Shown: positions 8,721 through 18,458 of the stretch, piece after piece
Numbering within the stretch: the first letter of the stretch is position 1
How the letters are laid out: the number at the start of each line of letters is the position of its first letter
Assembly (NCBI GenBank): GCA_963758005.1
Contig: CAVWTR010000001.1
Coordinates: 7,737 to 71,736 of the forward strand
Source of the DNA: an uncultured Acidobacteriota bacterium
GTDB taxonomy: Bacteria; Acidobacteriota; Terriglobia; Terriglobales; Acidobacteriaceae
Direction of reading: 5' to 3'
DNA: 64,000 nucleotides
Program-made: the position numbers and the translations under genes
The notes under the pieces: model-generated
What the model was told of the DNA's origin: nothing
The model's database searches: none
What the model saw: only the letters and a program-made list of their open reading frames with translations

Positions 8721-10360
8721 AGGATCAACTAACCGAAGTTTTATTGATCGAGGACAACCCCGGAGACGCGGATCTGGTGCGGTTGCGGCTGGTGGAAGGC
8801 AAGTCCCTGGTCGACGTGAACTGCGTCAATCGTTTATCCGATGGACTCGCCTCGCTCAAGGAAAAATCGCCGGCAGTGATTTTGCTGGACCTCAATCTCC
8901 CCGACAGCCACGGAGCCGAAACCTATCGCAGAATCATGGAGAGCGCGCCGAATGTGCCGGTCGTAATCCTCTCCGGACAGGACGATGAAGCGCTGGCGAT
9001 CAAAGCCTTGCATCACGGCGTGCAGGATTACCTGGTGAAAGGCTCCATCTCCAGTGTCACTTTGGACCGGGCCATGCGCTACGCAGTCGAGCGCCAGGCT
9101 TTGCTGCGTTCGCTGGAGATGGGCCGGAAGCAGCAGCTGGAGTTCAAGAACCAGTTCCTGTCTCACGTCTCGCACGAGCTGCGCACGCCCCTGACCTGCA
9201 TTCATCAATATGTGACCATTTTGCTGGACGGCCTGGCCGGCGAAATTCAGCCGGAGCAGCGCGATCACCTCAAGACGATTCTGCGCAGCGTCAATCAGCT
9301 GGGTGCGATGGTTCGCGACCTGCTGGAAGCGACCCGCGCGGAGTCCGGAAAAATCCGGCTGGCGCCGCGCTGTATCGCAATCGGCGATCTGATTCAGTCG
9401 GCGGTGGCCATGATGCAGGCCACAGCCGGCCAGAAGGGGGTCGGACTGGAGGTGGGCCTGGACACGACTCTTCCCCTGGTTCATGCCGATCCCGACCGGA
9501 TACTCGGAATACTGATCAACCTTATTGACAATGCGGTGAAGTTTACTCCCGCGGGCGGAGCGGTGACGGTAAGGGCCTGTGCCGTGGCCTCCGATCCTGA
9601 GTTTGCCTACATCTCGGTGACGGACACGGGCTGTGGCATCGCCGCCGATGCAAAGCCGCTCATCTTTGAGCGGCTTTATCAGGATGTAAACGCGGCAGTG
9701 GACAGCAGCCGTAAAGGCCTGGGGCTGGGGTTGTTTATGGCGAAGGAGCTGGTGGGACTGCACGGAGGGCGCATCTGGTTCGTCAGCGAGCCGGGAGAAG
9801 GCACCATTTTTTCATTCACCTTGCCCTTGTATTCCCTGGCTAAGCTGCTTTTCCCCATCATCACTCATCAAGGTCGCTTGCGTGATGCCGTGGTTCTGCT
9901 CAAGGTGGTTCTGCGACCCCGGTCCGAAGCTTCCCGCGGACGATGGAAGGATATCTCCCAACGCTGTCTTGAAACCTTGCAGCGGTGCGTGTACCTCGAC
10001 AAGGACCTGGTTCTGCCTCCGATGGCAGCCGCGGGTTTGGAGGAAACCTTTCTGGTAGTAGCTTCGACGGATATGGAACGAGTGCAGACCATGATGACCC
10101 GTATTCGCGAGCAACTCGAGAAAGTCGCGGATGTGAATACCCACGTTCAACTGGAACTCTCGGCCGCACCCGTGACCCTGCCCGACCCTGGCGGCAGGGA
10201 TCCGGGCAGTGAGAATGGGAGCGAGCATGCCGGAAACCATGCTGGGATCGATGCCGGGAACGAAGACAGCTTGAAAAGCCAGGTGCAGGATGTCGCCAAT
10301 CGCGTAATCGAGATGGCGCGTCCTGCTCCGGCAGCGAGACGGAGTTCTAGATCGCACTAA
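8717..10360 (+). CDS. Receiver-histidine kinase with an uncharacterised C-terminal extension of about 170 aa
   Basis: The GTG start overlaps the upstream stop (GTGA at 8717-8720). REC segment VLLIEDNPGD...VILLDLNLPD. H-box [12 protein letters not shown]-box LINLIDNAVKFT, G1 TDTGCGI, G2 GLGLGLFMAKE. The sequence after the ATPase lid (from about 9840) has no motif I recognise. Confidence 0.85.
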   Translation: MKDQLTEVLLIEDNPGDADLVRLRLVEGKSLVDVNCVNRLSDGLASLKEKSPAVILLDLNLPDSHGAETYRRIMESAPNVPVVILSGQDDEALAIKALHHGVQDYLVKGSISSVTLDRAMRYAVERQALLRSLEMGRKQQLEFKNQFLSHVSHELRTPLTCIHQYVTILLDGLAGEIQPEQRDHLKTILRSVNQLGAMVRDLLEATRAESGKIRLAPRCIAIGDLIQSAVAMMQATAGQKGVGLEVGLDTTLPLVHADPDRILGILINLIDNAVKFTPAGGAVTVRACAVASDPEFAYISVTDTGCGIAADAKPLIFERLYQDVNAAVDSSRKGLGLGLFMAKELVGLHGGRIWFVSEPGEGTIFSFTLPLYSLAKLLFPIITHQGRLRDAVVLLKVVLRPRSEASRGRWKDISQRCLETLQRCVYLDKDLVLPPMAAAGLEETFLVVASTDMERVQTMMTRIREQLEKVADVNTHVQLELSAAPVTLPDPGGRDPGSENGSEHAGNHAGIDAGNEDSLKSQVQDVANRVIEMARPAPAARRSSRSH

Positions 10361-10426
10361 TTTAAATCGTAGTAGAGAGATCCGCGCCGAAAGCTGAGCG
10401 TGGACTTCGGAAAAGGGAGAAATACA

Positions 10427-10825
10427 ATGGCTAGCTCAAAAATCCTGATCGTGGACGACGACCCTGACTTAAGACAGGCTTTGAAACTGCGCCTGCGAGC
10501 CAATCACTATGACACCGTGCATGCCGGCGATGGATACTCGGCAATTGCCCAAGCCCACAAGGAACAGCCCAATCTGATCATTCTCGATCTGGGCCTGCCG
10601 GCGGGCGATGGCTATGTTGTCCTCGACCGGTTGCAGCACGACGACAAGCTCTCCAGCATCCCGGTCATCGTGTTGACGGCGCGCGACCCACAGAGCAGCG
10701 AGCAGCGCGCCTTGCAGGCGGGTGCGGCAGCGTTCTTTCAGAAGCCGGCCGACAATGCCGAGTTGCTGGAAGTGATTCGCGCGACACTGCCGCGGGCGGC
10801 GACGGTGACGCCTCTGCCGTCCTGA
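10427..10825 (+). CDS. Single-domain response regulator
   Basis: KILIVDDDPDL...LIILDLGLPAGDG...VIVLTARD...FFQKP. An AAGGGAGA Shine-Dalgarno lies upstream of the ATG at 10427. Confidence 0.9.
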   Translation: MASSKILIVDDDPDLRQALKLRLRANHYDTVHAGDGYSAIAQAHKEQPNLIILDLGLPAGDGYVVLDRLQHDDKLSSIPVIVLTARDPQSSEQRALQAGAAAFFQKPADNAELLEVIRATLPRAATVTPLPS

Positions 10826-10864
10826 TGACTCGCAACGGCAAGAGAGGAACATAGACGATAGGCG

Positions 10865-10916
10865 CTGGACGATTGGACTAGACGATCGAACTGGACGATC
10901 GAACTGGGCGATCGAG
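10865..10916 (+). repeat. 13-bp tandem repeat x4 in the RR-PilZ intergenic gap
   Basis: Units are ctggacgattgga / ctagacgatcgaa / ctggacgatcgaa / ctgggcgatcgag. Three of the four contain the CGATCG palindrome. A weaker fifth copy (tagacgatagg) lies just upstream. The array ends 22 nt before the PilZ ATG. Confidence 0.9.
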
Positions 10917-10938
10917 CCAGACGCCGGAGGACACCCCC

Positions 10939-11289
10939 ATGTCACTCAATCTGCAATCTGCACGTTCCGTGGACGCCGGACAACGGCCGCAACAGCGCTA
11001 CCCGCGCGCCTTGTTCAGCGTCCCGGTAAGGCTGCGACACCTGGAGGCAGGCGGAATTCGTTCGTCGAGCGGAATCAGCCTCGACATCAGCGAGGGCGGC
11101 CTCGGCGCCATGGTGCGTGGCGGCTTGCGGGCGGGCGAACTGGTCGAGATCGACGTCTGCATCGCGGGGTGTGCACTCACGGCGGTGGCCATTGTGCGTT
11201 ACACGAGCGACATGCGATCCGGATTCGAATTTGTCGGACTCACTCTGGAGGAACGGCAGCAAATCGTCGACTGCACCGCCCACGCCTGA
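10939..11289 (+). CDS. PilZ-domain protein (putative c-di-GMP receptor)
   Basis: Carries the RxxxR (QQRYPR) and D/NxSxxG (DISEGG) signature with correct spacing. A GGAGGA Shine-Dalgarno lies 6 nt before the ATG. Confidence 0.8.
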   Translation: MSLNLQSARSVDAGQRPQQRYPRALFSVPVRLRHLEAGGIRSSSGISLDISEGGLGAMVRGGLRAGELVEIDVCIAGCALTAVAIVRYTSDMRSGFEFVGLTLEERQQIVDCTAHA

Positions 11290-11352
11290 ACCGCGTGGAA
11301 TGTGCCAGTTCGACCAGCAAAGGCCAGTCCAACATTGCGCAGCGCAATCTTA

Positions 11353-13470
11353 ATGACAGATTCGTTTCCTGCCGATAACTCAAAGGACGTGCCCGGCCAC
11401 GTGCAACTGCTGGAACAGAATCGACGGCTTGAAGAGGAAATCGCGCACCGCCAGCAAGCCGAGGCGGCGACGAAACGCGTGCTCCGCGATTTGGCCGATC
11501 AGCAATTCGCTCTTGACCAGCACTCCATCGTGGCCGTCACCGACGTACAGGGGACCATCACCTATGTCAACGGGAAGTTCTGCGCCCTCAGTCAGTATTC
11601 GAAGGAAGAGCTGATCGGCCAGAACCACCGTATTCTCAATTCTGGCCACCACCCCAAAGAGTTTTTTCAGCAGATATACCGCGCTATCGCCACCGGCCAC
11701 GTGTGGCGAGGAGAGATTTGCGACCGGGCAAAAGATGGATCATTCTACTGGGTCGATACTACGATTGTGCCTTTCCTCGGGGACGATGGAGCGCCCCGCC
11801 AGTACATGGCGATCCGCACGGAAATCACGAAACGCAAGCGGGCGGAAGAAATGCGGGAACGTCTGGCCGCAGTGGTCGACTCCTCCGATGATGCCGTTAT
11901 CAGCAAGGACCTCAACGGAATGATTAACGCCTGGAATCGCGGGGCCGAGAAGGTGTTCGGCTACTCGGCAGCGGAGGTCATGGGCAAACCGATGCTGATG
12001 CTTTTTCCGCCGGAGCGCACCAACGAGGAGCCCGACATTCTTGAGCGCATCCGGCGGGGTGAGAACGTCGAACACTTCGAGACGGTTCGCATTCGCAAGG
12101 ACCATAAGCAGATCTCCGTTTCGGTGACGATTTCGCCCATCCGGGATGGCAGCGGCGCGATCGTGGGCGCTTCAAACATTGCCCGCGACAACTCTGAGCG
12201 CAAGCAGGCGGAAAAGGCGCTTCGCGACAGCACCGAGGAACTGTCACGGCAGGCTCAGGAATTGACCCGCTCCCGGCAAGCCTTGGAGACCCAGAAGATC
12301 ATGCTGCAGTCCGTACTGGATAGCATCTCCGAGGGATTGGTGGCGGCCGACGAGACCGGGAAATTCATTCTTTGGAATCCCGCCGCCACCAGGATCGTTG
12401 GTCTGGGTGCGGACAACATTCCGCCCGAGCTCTGGAACGATCACTACGGAGTGTATTTGTCCGACACGGTGACACCTTTCCCGCCTGAGCAAAATCCTCT
12501 GCTGCTCGCCATTCAGGGCCAGAGCAGCACGTCGGAAATGTATATACGCAACACGGAACTCGAGACTGGGGTATGGATCGAGGCCAGCGCCAACCCGCTC
12601 CGAAGCCAGGACGGCGTAGCCCGCGGCGGGGTGATCGCGTTTCGCGACATCACCCAAAGAAAAGAGGACGAGCGGGAGATCCGCAAGCTCAACGAAGAAC
12701 TGGAAGCGCGTGTGGTCGAGCGCACCGCTCAGTTGCAAACCGCGAATCAAGAGTTGGAGGCTTTTACTTACTCGGTGTCGCACGATCTGCGGGCTCCGCT
12801 GCGTCACATCAGCGGCTTCTCCAAGATCCTGAGCGAGGAATACTCTCCCAGCCTCCCGCCGGATGCGCAACGTCACTTGCAGCGCATTCAGGAGGGCACA
12901 CGGCGCATGGGCCAGTTAGTCGATGACCTGCTGAGCCTGGCGCGGTTGGGCCGCCGGGAGCTGAGCATGCGTGCATCACAACTTAGACCACTGGTCGACG
13001 AAGTGATCGAGGAGCTGGCGCCCGAGTGCGCGGGCCGGCAGATCGAATGGAAAATAGGCAACTTGCCCTTCGTGCAATGCGACCCCTCCCTGATCCGCCA
13101 GGTATTTCAGAATCTGGTCGGTAACGCGCTGAAATACTCGCGTCCCCGCTCCCCCGCCCTGATTGAGCTTGGTCAAATTAGCGAAAACGGCCACCCGGTG
13201 ATCTTCGTTCGCGATAACGGAGTGGGGTTCAGCATGAAATACGCCGATAAATTATTTGGTGTGTTCCAGCGCCTGCATCGGGCCGAAGACTTCGAAGGCA
13301 CAGGCGTCGGGCTGGCGACGGCCCAGCGCATCGTTCAGAAGCACGGGGGCCGCATTTGGGCTGAAGCCGAACTGGGCCAGGGAGCAACCTTTTACTTTTC
13401 TCTCGGGGAGTCTTTCGCAGGTTCCGAAAAAGGCAAAAGCAGAGCGGCCATCGCAGGAGAGCGAACATGA
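11353..13470 (+). CDS. Multi-PAS sensor histidine kinase
   Basis: Repeated PAS/PAC blocks are present (e.g. AVISKDLNGMINAWNRGAEKVFGY...; SISEGLVAADETGKFILWNPAA...). H-box YSVSHDLRAPLRHI, N-box QNLVGNALKYS, G1 DNGVGF, G2 GTGVGLATAQ. The start is uncertain (ATG 11353 or GTG 11302). Confidence 0.85.
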   Translation: MTDSFPADNSKDVPGHVQLLEQNRRLEEEIAHRQQAEAATKRVLRDLADQQFALDQHSIVAVTDVQGTITYVNGKFCALSQYSKEELIGQNHRILNSGHHPKEFFQQIYRAIATGHVWRGEICDRAKDGSFYWVDTTIVPFLGDDGAPRQYMAIRTEITKRKRAEEMRERLAAVVDSSDDAVISKDLNGMINAWNRGAEKVFGYSAAEVMGKPMLMLFPPERTNEEPDILERIRRGENVEHFETVRIRKDHKQISVSVTISPIRDGSGAIVGASNIARDNSERKQAEKALRDSTEELSRQAQELTRSRQALETQKIMLQSVLDSISEGLVAADETGKFILWNPAATRIVGLGADNIPPELWNDHYGVYLSDTVTPFPPEQNPLLLAIQGQSSTSEMYIRNTELETGVWIEASANPLRSQDGVARGGVIAFRDITQRKEDEREIRKLNEELEARVVERTAQLQTANQELEAFTYSVSHDLRAPLRHISGFSKILSEEYSPSLPPDAQRHLQRIQEGTRRMGQLVDDLLSLARLGRRELSMRASQLRPLVDEVIEELAPECAGRQIEWKIGNLPFVQCDPSLIRQVFQNLVGNALKYSRPRSPALIELGQISENGHPVIFVRDNGVGFSMKYADKLFGVFQRLHRAEDFEGTGVGLATAQRIVQKHGGRIWAEAELGQGATFYFSLGESFAGSEKGKSRAAIAGERT

Positions 13471-13949
13471 CTCAACGACCAATCGAGATTTTACTGGTTG
13501 AAGATAATCTGGATGACCTGGAGCTGACCTTGCATTCTCTACGCAAAGAGAACCTGGCCAACCACATTCACGTTGCTCGCGATGGCGAGGAGGCCCTGGA
13601 ATTCCTGTTTTCCGATGGCACCAACGGCAAAGACTCGTTGGAGAGTCCCCCGAAGCTTGTCTTACTGGATCTGAAGCTGCCCAAGGTGGACGGCATGGAA
13701 GTCCTCAGACGGATTAAAGCGGATGAGCGCACCCGGAATATTCCAGTGGTAATTTTGACCTCGTCGACCGAGGAGCGCGACTTGATCAAGGGTTACGGGC
13801 TGGGCGTTAACAGCTACATCCAAAAGCCGGTCGACTTCGACCAGTTCCGAGAAACAATCAAGCGAGTTGGACTCTACTGGCTGGTAATCAACCAGGCACC
13901 CATCCCGGACGGCACGCGCCAAACGATCACGGATGGGACCATCGCCTGA
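13467..13949 (+). CDS. Single-domain response regulator (CheY/Rcp1-like)
   Basis: ATGA overlap with the kinase stop. ILLVEDNLDDLEL...LVLLDLKLPKVDG...VVILTSS...YIQKP. Confidence 0.9.
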   Translation: MTQRPIEILLVEDNLDDLELTLHSLRKENLANHIHVARDGEEALEFLFSDGTNGKDSLESPPKLVLLDLKLPKVDGMEVLRRIKADERTRNIPVVILTSSTEERDLIKGYGLGVNSYIQKPVDFDQFRETIKRVGLYWLVINQAPIPDGTRQTITDGTIA

Positions 13950-14115
13950 TCGCTCCGCCGGCCCTCAAACCTCGCGGACGGAATTGAGGCTGCTCAAGTT
14001 TCTTCCCGACGTTCACCATGCAAGCCCCGGCTCCGTGCCGCTCATGCCCCACACGGACCGCTTCAAGAAAGCTACCTTCTTCGATTAGACTGGCTATCCA
14101 ACTAAGGATGGCCAA

Positions 14116-14160
14116 TTGTCCAAACTGAACTTATCCAAACTTGACTTGTCCAAATTAAGG
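14116..14160 (+). repeat. 15-bp imperfect tandem repeat x3 at the annotated start of the BNR gene
   Basis: Units are ttgtccaaactgaac / ttatccaaacttgac / ttgtccaaattaagg, which translate as SKLNL-SKLDL-SKLR. Confidence 0.8.
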
Positions 14161-17100
14161 TCGTGCTTCCACTATTGCGGCGTGGCGCTCTTTCTCATCT
14201 TGCTCGCGGTCTCGACGACAGAATCCTCGGCGATAGCCCAATCCGTTCCTACGGAACTCGTGAACGGACTGAAGTGGCGCCTGATTGGGCCATTCCGTGG
14301 AGGGCGCGCAGTCGCCGTGGCTGGTGTGCCGGGCGACTCCACTACTTTTTACTTTGGCGCAGTCAACGGCGGCATCTGGAAAACTACGGATAGCGGAACA
14401 GTCTGGATCCCGATTTTTGACGGGCAGCCGGTCGGGTCCATCGGGGCTATCGCCGTGGCGCCGTCCGACCCAAAGACCATTTATGCAGGAACCGGCGAGT
14501 CGGACATTCGATCGAGCCTGTCATCGGGGAACGGCGTCTACAAATCTACCGACGGCGGCGCTACGTGGACGCACATCGGCCTGGAGGACACGCGCCAGAT
14601 CAGCCGAATTGTGGTTGATCCGCGAGATGCGAAGGTTGTTTATGTCGGTGCGCTCGGTCACGCGTATGGGCCGAACGAACAACGCGGAGTTTATAAATCC
14701 GTCGATGGAGGAGCGAATTGGGTCAAGGTTCTGGATAAGGGACCGGAAATTGGGGTTTCAGATCTGGCGATCTGTTCTGGCAACCCGCAAATTTTGTTTG
14801 CCGGCACGTGGAAGACGCATCGTCCTCCCTGGAGCACTTATGCTCCGATCGATGGATCCGGCGGCAGCCTTTACCGCTCGCAAGATGGGGGAAAGACCTG
14901 GTCCGATTTAGGTAAGAACGGATTGCCGGAGAGCGATTGGGGCCGCGTTGGCGTTGACGTTGCTCCAGACGGCAAGCGCGTGTACGCGCTGATTCAAGCC
15001 AGGAAGGGTGGCCTGTATCGTTCGGATGACGGCGGGAGCACCTGGGTTCTTGCGAATGGGGACCCGCGTCTCACTAGTCGCGCCTGGTACTTCAACGGCA
15101 TCACCATCGATCCGCAAAATCCGGATGTTTTCTACGTGCCGAACGTTGCTCTGTATCGGTCCGAAGATGGAGGCAAGACGATTTCGATTGTGCGCGGCGC
15201 GCCCGGCGGTGATGACTACCACCAGATTTGGGTCGATCCCAAGAATTCCGCCAGCATGGTTCTTGGAACGGATCAGGGAACCACGATCAGCCTCGACCGC
15301 GGCCTGACCTGGACCTCTTGGTACAACCAGCCGACAGCGCAGCTTTATCACGTGATCACCGACAACGAATTTCCTTACGTCGTCTATGGCGCGCAACAGG
15401 ACAGCGGAAGCCTTGCCGTTCCCAGCCGCACCGACCATGGCCAGATCACGCCACGCGACTGGTTTACCGCGGGCGACAGCGAGAGCGGGTACCTGGCACC
15501 CGATCCCAAGGATTCGAACATCATCTACCTCAGCGGAACCTACGGCACCGTTGCCCGCTTCAACAAACGCACCGGGCTCAGCCAGGATATAACTCCGTGG
15601 CCGGCGCTGACATTTGGATCGGACATTAACAAGCGTAAGTACAGGGATCCATGGACTCCGGTTTTACTTTTTTCTCCCGCTGACTCAAGCACGCTTTACT
15701 TCGGTTCGCAGTATGTGATGAAGACCGTGGATGGAGGTCTGCACTGGCAGATTATCAGCCCTGATCTTACCGGGTCGACTCAAACGCCGGAGGCGAAATC
15801 ACAGACTGAATCGCATATTGAAACCCATATTGAATCACAAGGCCCTCCCACGATTGAGAATGCGAAGCAGCGGGGATATGGCGTGGTATTCACCATTGCG
15901 CCATCGGCTCTGAACCGTGATCTGATCTGGGCTGGAAGCGACACCGGACTCATTCACCTCACACGCGATGGCGGGACCACGTGGAAGGACGTCACTCCTC
16001 CCGGCCTCAGCGCCTGGAGCAAGATCTCGTTCATCGAAGCCTCACACTTCGATGCTGCTGTCGCTTATGCAGCAGTCGACCGCAGTCGACTCGACGACCG
16101 CACGCCTTATCTCTACCGAACTCGCGACTACGGAGCCACCTGGCAGTTGATTACGAACGGCATTGCGGCCGACGCTTTTCTGCGTGGTATTCGTCAAGAT
16201 ACAGTTCGCCACGATAACGTTCGCCAGGATCCAGAGAGGCCAGCATTGCTCTTTGCCGGAACCGAACTCGGCGTTTATGTATCGTTCGACGATGGCGACC
16301 ACTGGCAATCCTTGCAACTCAATCTCCCGGTCACTTCCGTTCGCGATCTAACCATTCACGGCGAAGACCTGGTCATTGGAACCCACGGACGTTCCTTCTG
16401 GATTCTGGACAACATCACGCCGCTGCGCCAGACCTCTGAGGCCGCGAAAGCGAATGCATTCTGGCTTTACCATCCCGCGCCAACATTTCGCGTTGATAAT
16501 GACGGTTTTGCAGGCACGCCGCTTCCGCCGGAGGAACCGACGGCCAAGAACCCTCCGGCCGGCGCCATGATTGATTACTTTCTCAAGGCCCCAGCTACCA
16601 CGGTCTTATTAGAGGTTTTCGACGCGCAACAGAAACTTGTTCATAAATTCTCCTCCGAAGATAAAAATCCGGAGAAGCGCCCACCTCTTCCCATCGCCGA
16701 GCGCTGGTTTCCTAAACCTGAAGCTCTCGAAACCAGCCCTGGGATGCACCGTTTTATCTGGAATCTTACCTGGAAGAGTTCGGGAGGACCGGGCTTGGAT
16801 GAAGAATCTGAATTCCGCAATCCTAGTGGTCCGAAAGTTGTGCCCGGGACCTACACCCTGAAACTCACAGTGGACGGAAAACCACAGACTCAGCCTTTAA
16901 CCGTTGTGATGGATCCTCGATCGGGCGCCACTCCCGAAACGCTGCGCCAGCAATTGGAAATCGGGCAACAGATGTTTGCTGAAACTATGGAAGCGCGCCG
17001 AGCGCTTGCCGAAATCACTTCCCTGCAGAAGCAACTGGCCGATCTTGCAAATAAGCTTGGCGAGAACAATTCGGATATTAAACCGTTGCTGACGGATGCT

Positions 17101-17409
17101 CAGGCTGAACTTGCAAAGATCCTAACGGACCCCGGAACGACCTCGGGGCAGGCCGGAGGACTGCAGGACGCATTCGCTGAACTGGCTTCAGCCCTGCGCG
17201 TGGTCCAGGGTGGAGATCGCGCTGTGCCTGCGCAGGCGATCGCTGTTTATGATGAGTCCAGCCATCGCATCAAGGCAGCTATCGCACAATGGAGCGAGTT
17301 CAAAACTACCAAACTTCCCCGGCTGAATCAGAAACTACGGGAGGGACATCTCGCTCCGATCACAATCTCGGAAATCGAACAGGAAGTAGAATTTTTGATG
17401 TCACGGTGA
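14116..17409 (+). CDS. Large secreted BNR/Asp-box (sortilin/VPS10-like) repeat protein
   Basis: Ten or more Asp-box-like motifs: KSTDGGATW, KSVDGGANW, RSQDGGKTW, RSDDGGSTW, RSEDGGKTI, KTVDGGLHW, TRDGGTTW, RTRDYGATW, SFDDGDHW. Hydrophobic N-terminal signal VALFLILLAVSTTESSAIAQ. The TTG start is uncertain because the first 45 nt form a 15-bp repeat. Confidence 0.85.
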   Translation: MSKLNLSKLDLSKLRSCFHYCGVALFLILLAVSTTESSAIAQSVPTELVNGLKWRLIGPFRGGRAVAVAGVPGDSTTFYFGAVNGGIWKTTDSGTVWIPIFDGQPVGSIGAIAVAPSDPKTIYAGTGESDIRSSLSSGNGVYKSTDGGATWTHIGLEDTRQISRIVVDPRDAKVVYVGALGHAYGPNEQRGVYKSVDGGANWVKVLDKGPEIGVSDLAICSGNPQILFAGTWKTHRPPWSTYAPIDGSGGSLYRSQDGGKTWSDLGKNGLPESDWGRVGVDVAPDGKRVYALIQARKGGLYRSDDGGSTWVLANGDPRLTSRAWYFNGITIDPQNPDVFYVPNVALYRSEDGGKTISIVRGAPGGDDYHQIWVDPKNSASMVLGTDQGTTISLDRGLTWTSWYNQPTAQLYHVITDNEFPYVVYGAQQDSGSLAVPSRTDHGQITPRDWFTAGDSESGYLAPDPKDSNIIYLSGTYGTVARFNKRTGLSQDITPWPALTFGSDINKRKYRDPWTPVLLFSPADSSTLYFGSQYVMKTVDGGLHWQIISPDLTGSTQTPEAKSQTESHIETHIESQGPPTIENAKQRGYGVVFTIAPSALNRDLIWAGSDTGLIHLTRDGGTTWKDVTPPGLSAWSKISFIEASHFDAAVAYAAVDRSRLDDRTPYLYRTRDYGATWQLITNGIAADAFLRGIRQDTVRHDNVRQDPERPALLFAGTELGVYVSFDDGDHWQSLQLNLPVTSVRDLTIHGEDLVIGTHGRSFWILDNITPLRQTSEAAKANAFWLYHPAPTFRVDNDGFAGTPLPPEEPTAKNPPAGAMIDYFLKAPATTVLLEVFDAQQKLVHKFSSEDKNPEKRPPLPIAERWFPKPEALETSPGMHRFIWNLTWKSSGGPGLDEESEFRNPSGPKVVPGTYTLKLTVDGKPQTQPLTVVMDPRSGATPETLRQQLEIGQQMFAETMEARRALAEITSLQKQLADLANKLGENNSDIKPLLTDAQAELAKILTDPGTTSGQAGGLQDAFAELASALRVVQGGDRAVPAQAIAVYDESSHRIKAAIAQWSEFKTTKLPRLNQKLREGHLAPITISEIEQEVEFLMSR

Positions 17410-17479
17410 ACGGTTTCACGATAAAGCCGAATTCATGAACGGCGTAGCGCAATCAAGGGAGAGTTATTCTACGAGAATC

Positions 17480-17650
17480 TCATCGGACTGCCGATAGAGT
17501 TTGCGCCGTTGATCTTCGACGTAGCCCGGGATTCTGGGCCTGAGGCAAAAATACCAGAGTGAGAATCCAGCCGAGCGCCAGCCCGCTGAACAGAAAGGTT
17601 ACCGCCGTGGGAAGGTCGTATTTCGGGTGAGTTCTGTTTTCAATCAGCAT
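17480..17650 (-). CDS. Possible small membrane protein (56 aa)
   Basis: ATG-initiated ORF below the track size cutoff: MLIENRTHPKYDLPTAVTFLFSGLALGWILTLVFLPQAQNPG..., with one clear hydrophobic helix. No other support. Confidence 0.25.
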   Translation of the reverse strand: MLIENRTHPKYDLPTAVTFLFSGLALGWILTLVFLPQAQNPGLRRRSTAQTLSAVR

Positions 17651-17758
17651 GTGATTGGCCTAGCCCCTTCTTAGCTTCTTCTTATTAGGCCGCAAATAGG
17701 CACTCGAGTCGCAGAGTTTCTGATGCTGCCCGATCCCGCACATTTCCAATATAGCACT

Positions 17759-18157
17759 CTAGCTCTCGGCGGAAATCGATGAGACCGTAATTGTGTTCCC
17801 GTTGAGCGTACCCAGAATGCGCGCACGCTGTCCGGCGATCCTTTTCAGGATACCCAAGTCGCCATCGAGCTGGTAGGTCACGTCTCCATCGACGAGGGCG
17901 AAAGCCGCTCCTCCATGTACGCAAGCGCGCGTACAGGTTGCGGCGGATTGGCCGAACGCCGAGGAATGCTTAGCCCCGCAGCGGGAACAGGTCACCATAC
18001 CGTTATAAGCCTGCTCCGTCCGCGTATCGTGCGGCGCTGCCACTTGACCCACGGCGACGCCAGCGGCCGCTCCCAGAGTTGCAAAAAGGAGAGCCAGCCC
18101 GAACGCGACCGCGGTACCGAGTACCAGAATCTCGATCCAGACACGGGTTGTTTTCAT
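17759..18157 (-). CDS. Small membrane-anchored Cys-rich protein with a DUF5818-like C-terminal beta domain
   Basis: An internal ATG gives MKTTRVWIEILVLGTAVAFGLALLFATLGAAAG (signal/anchor). A CSRC...C..AC cluster follows, then AFALVDGDVTYQLDGD...RARILGTLNGNTITVSSI. The upstream part of the 271-aa track ORF is not protein-like. Confidence 0.6.
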   Translation of the reverse strand: MKTTRVWIEILVLGTAVAFGLALLFATLGAAAGVAVGQVAAPHDTRTEQAYNGMVTCSRCGAKHSSAFGQSAATCTRACVHGGAAFALVDGDVTYQLDGDLGILKRIAGQRARILGTLNGNTITVSSISAES

Positions 18158-18458
18158 AGCGGCCACAGACCTCCCACTTACAAGCCTGACCTTACAAGAC
18201 CAACTATGGATGCTGCACACGCTCGTCGAGTTGGCTGTCAGACTTGATGCAACTGGCGTGCCAGTAACGTTACTCGGCGGGCCGTGTGATCTAAGTCGAT
18301 GATAGGAAGGCCCCAGAAGCGGAATCGCCCGAAAAGTGGGGCCCGGGGTAAAAATGGAAGAAGGAAGAAATTTCTCGATGTAGCGGAAATCACGGTAAGC
18401 AAAAAGCAGGAAGAGTGCCGGATCGACAGGAGCTGGCTCAGTCTTCGGATATAACCGC

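Noticed and set aside
8834-9763. 309-aa minus-strand ORF
   Set aside because: It is antisense to the REC-kinase, whose H, N, G1 and G2 boxes are all present on the plus strand.
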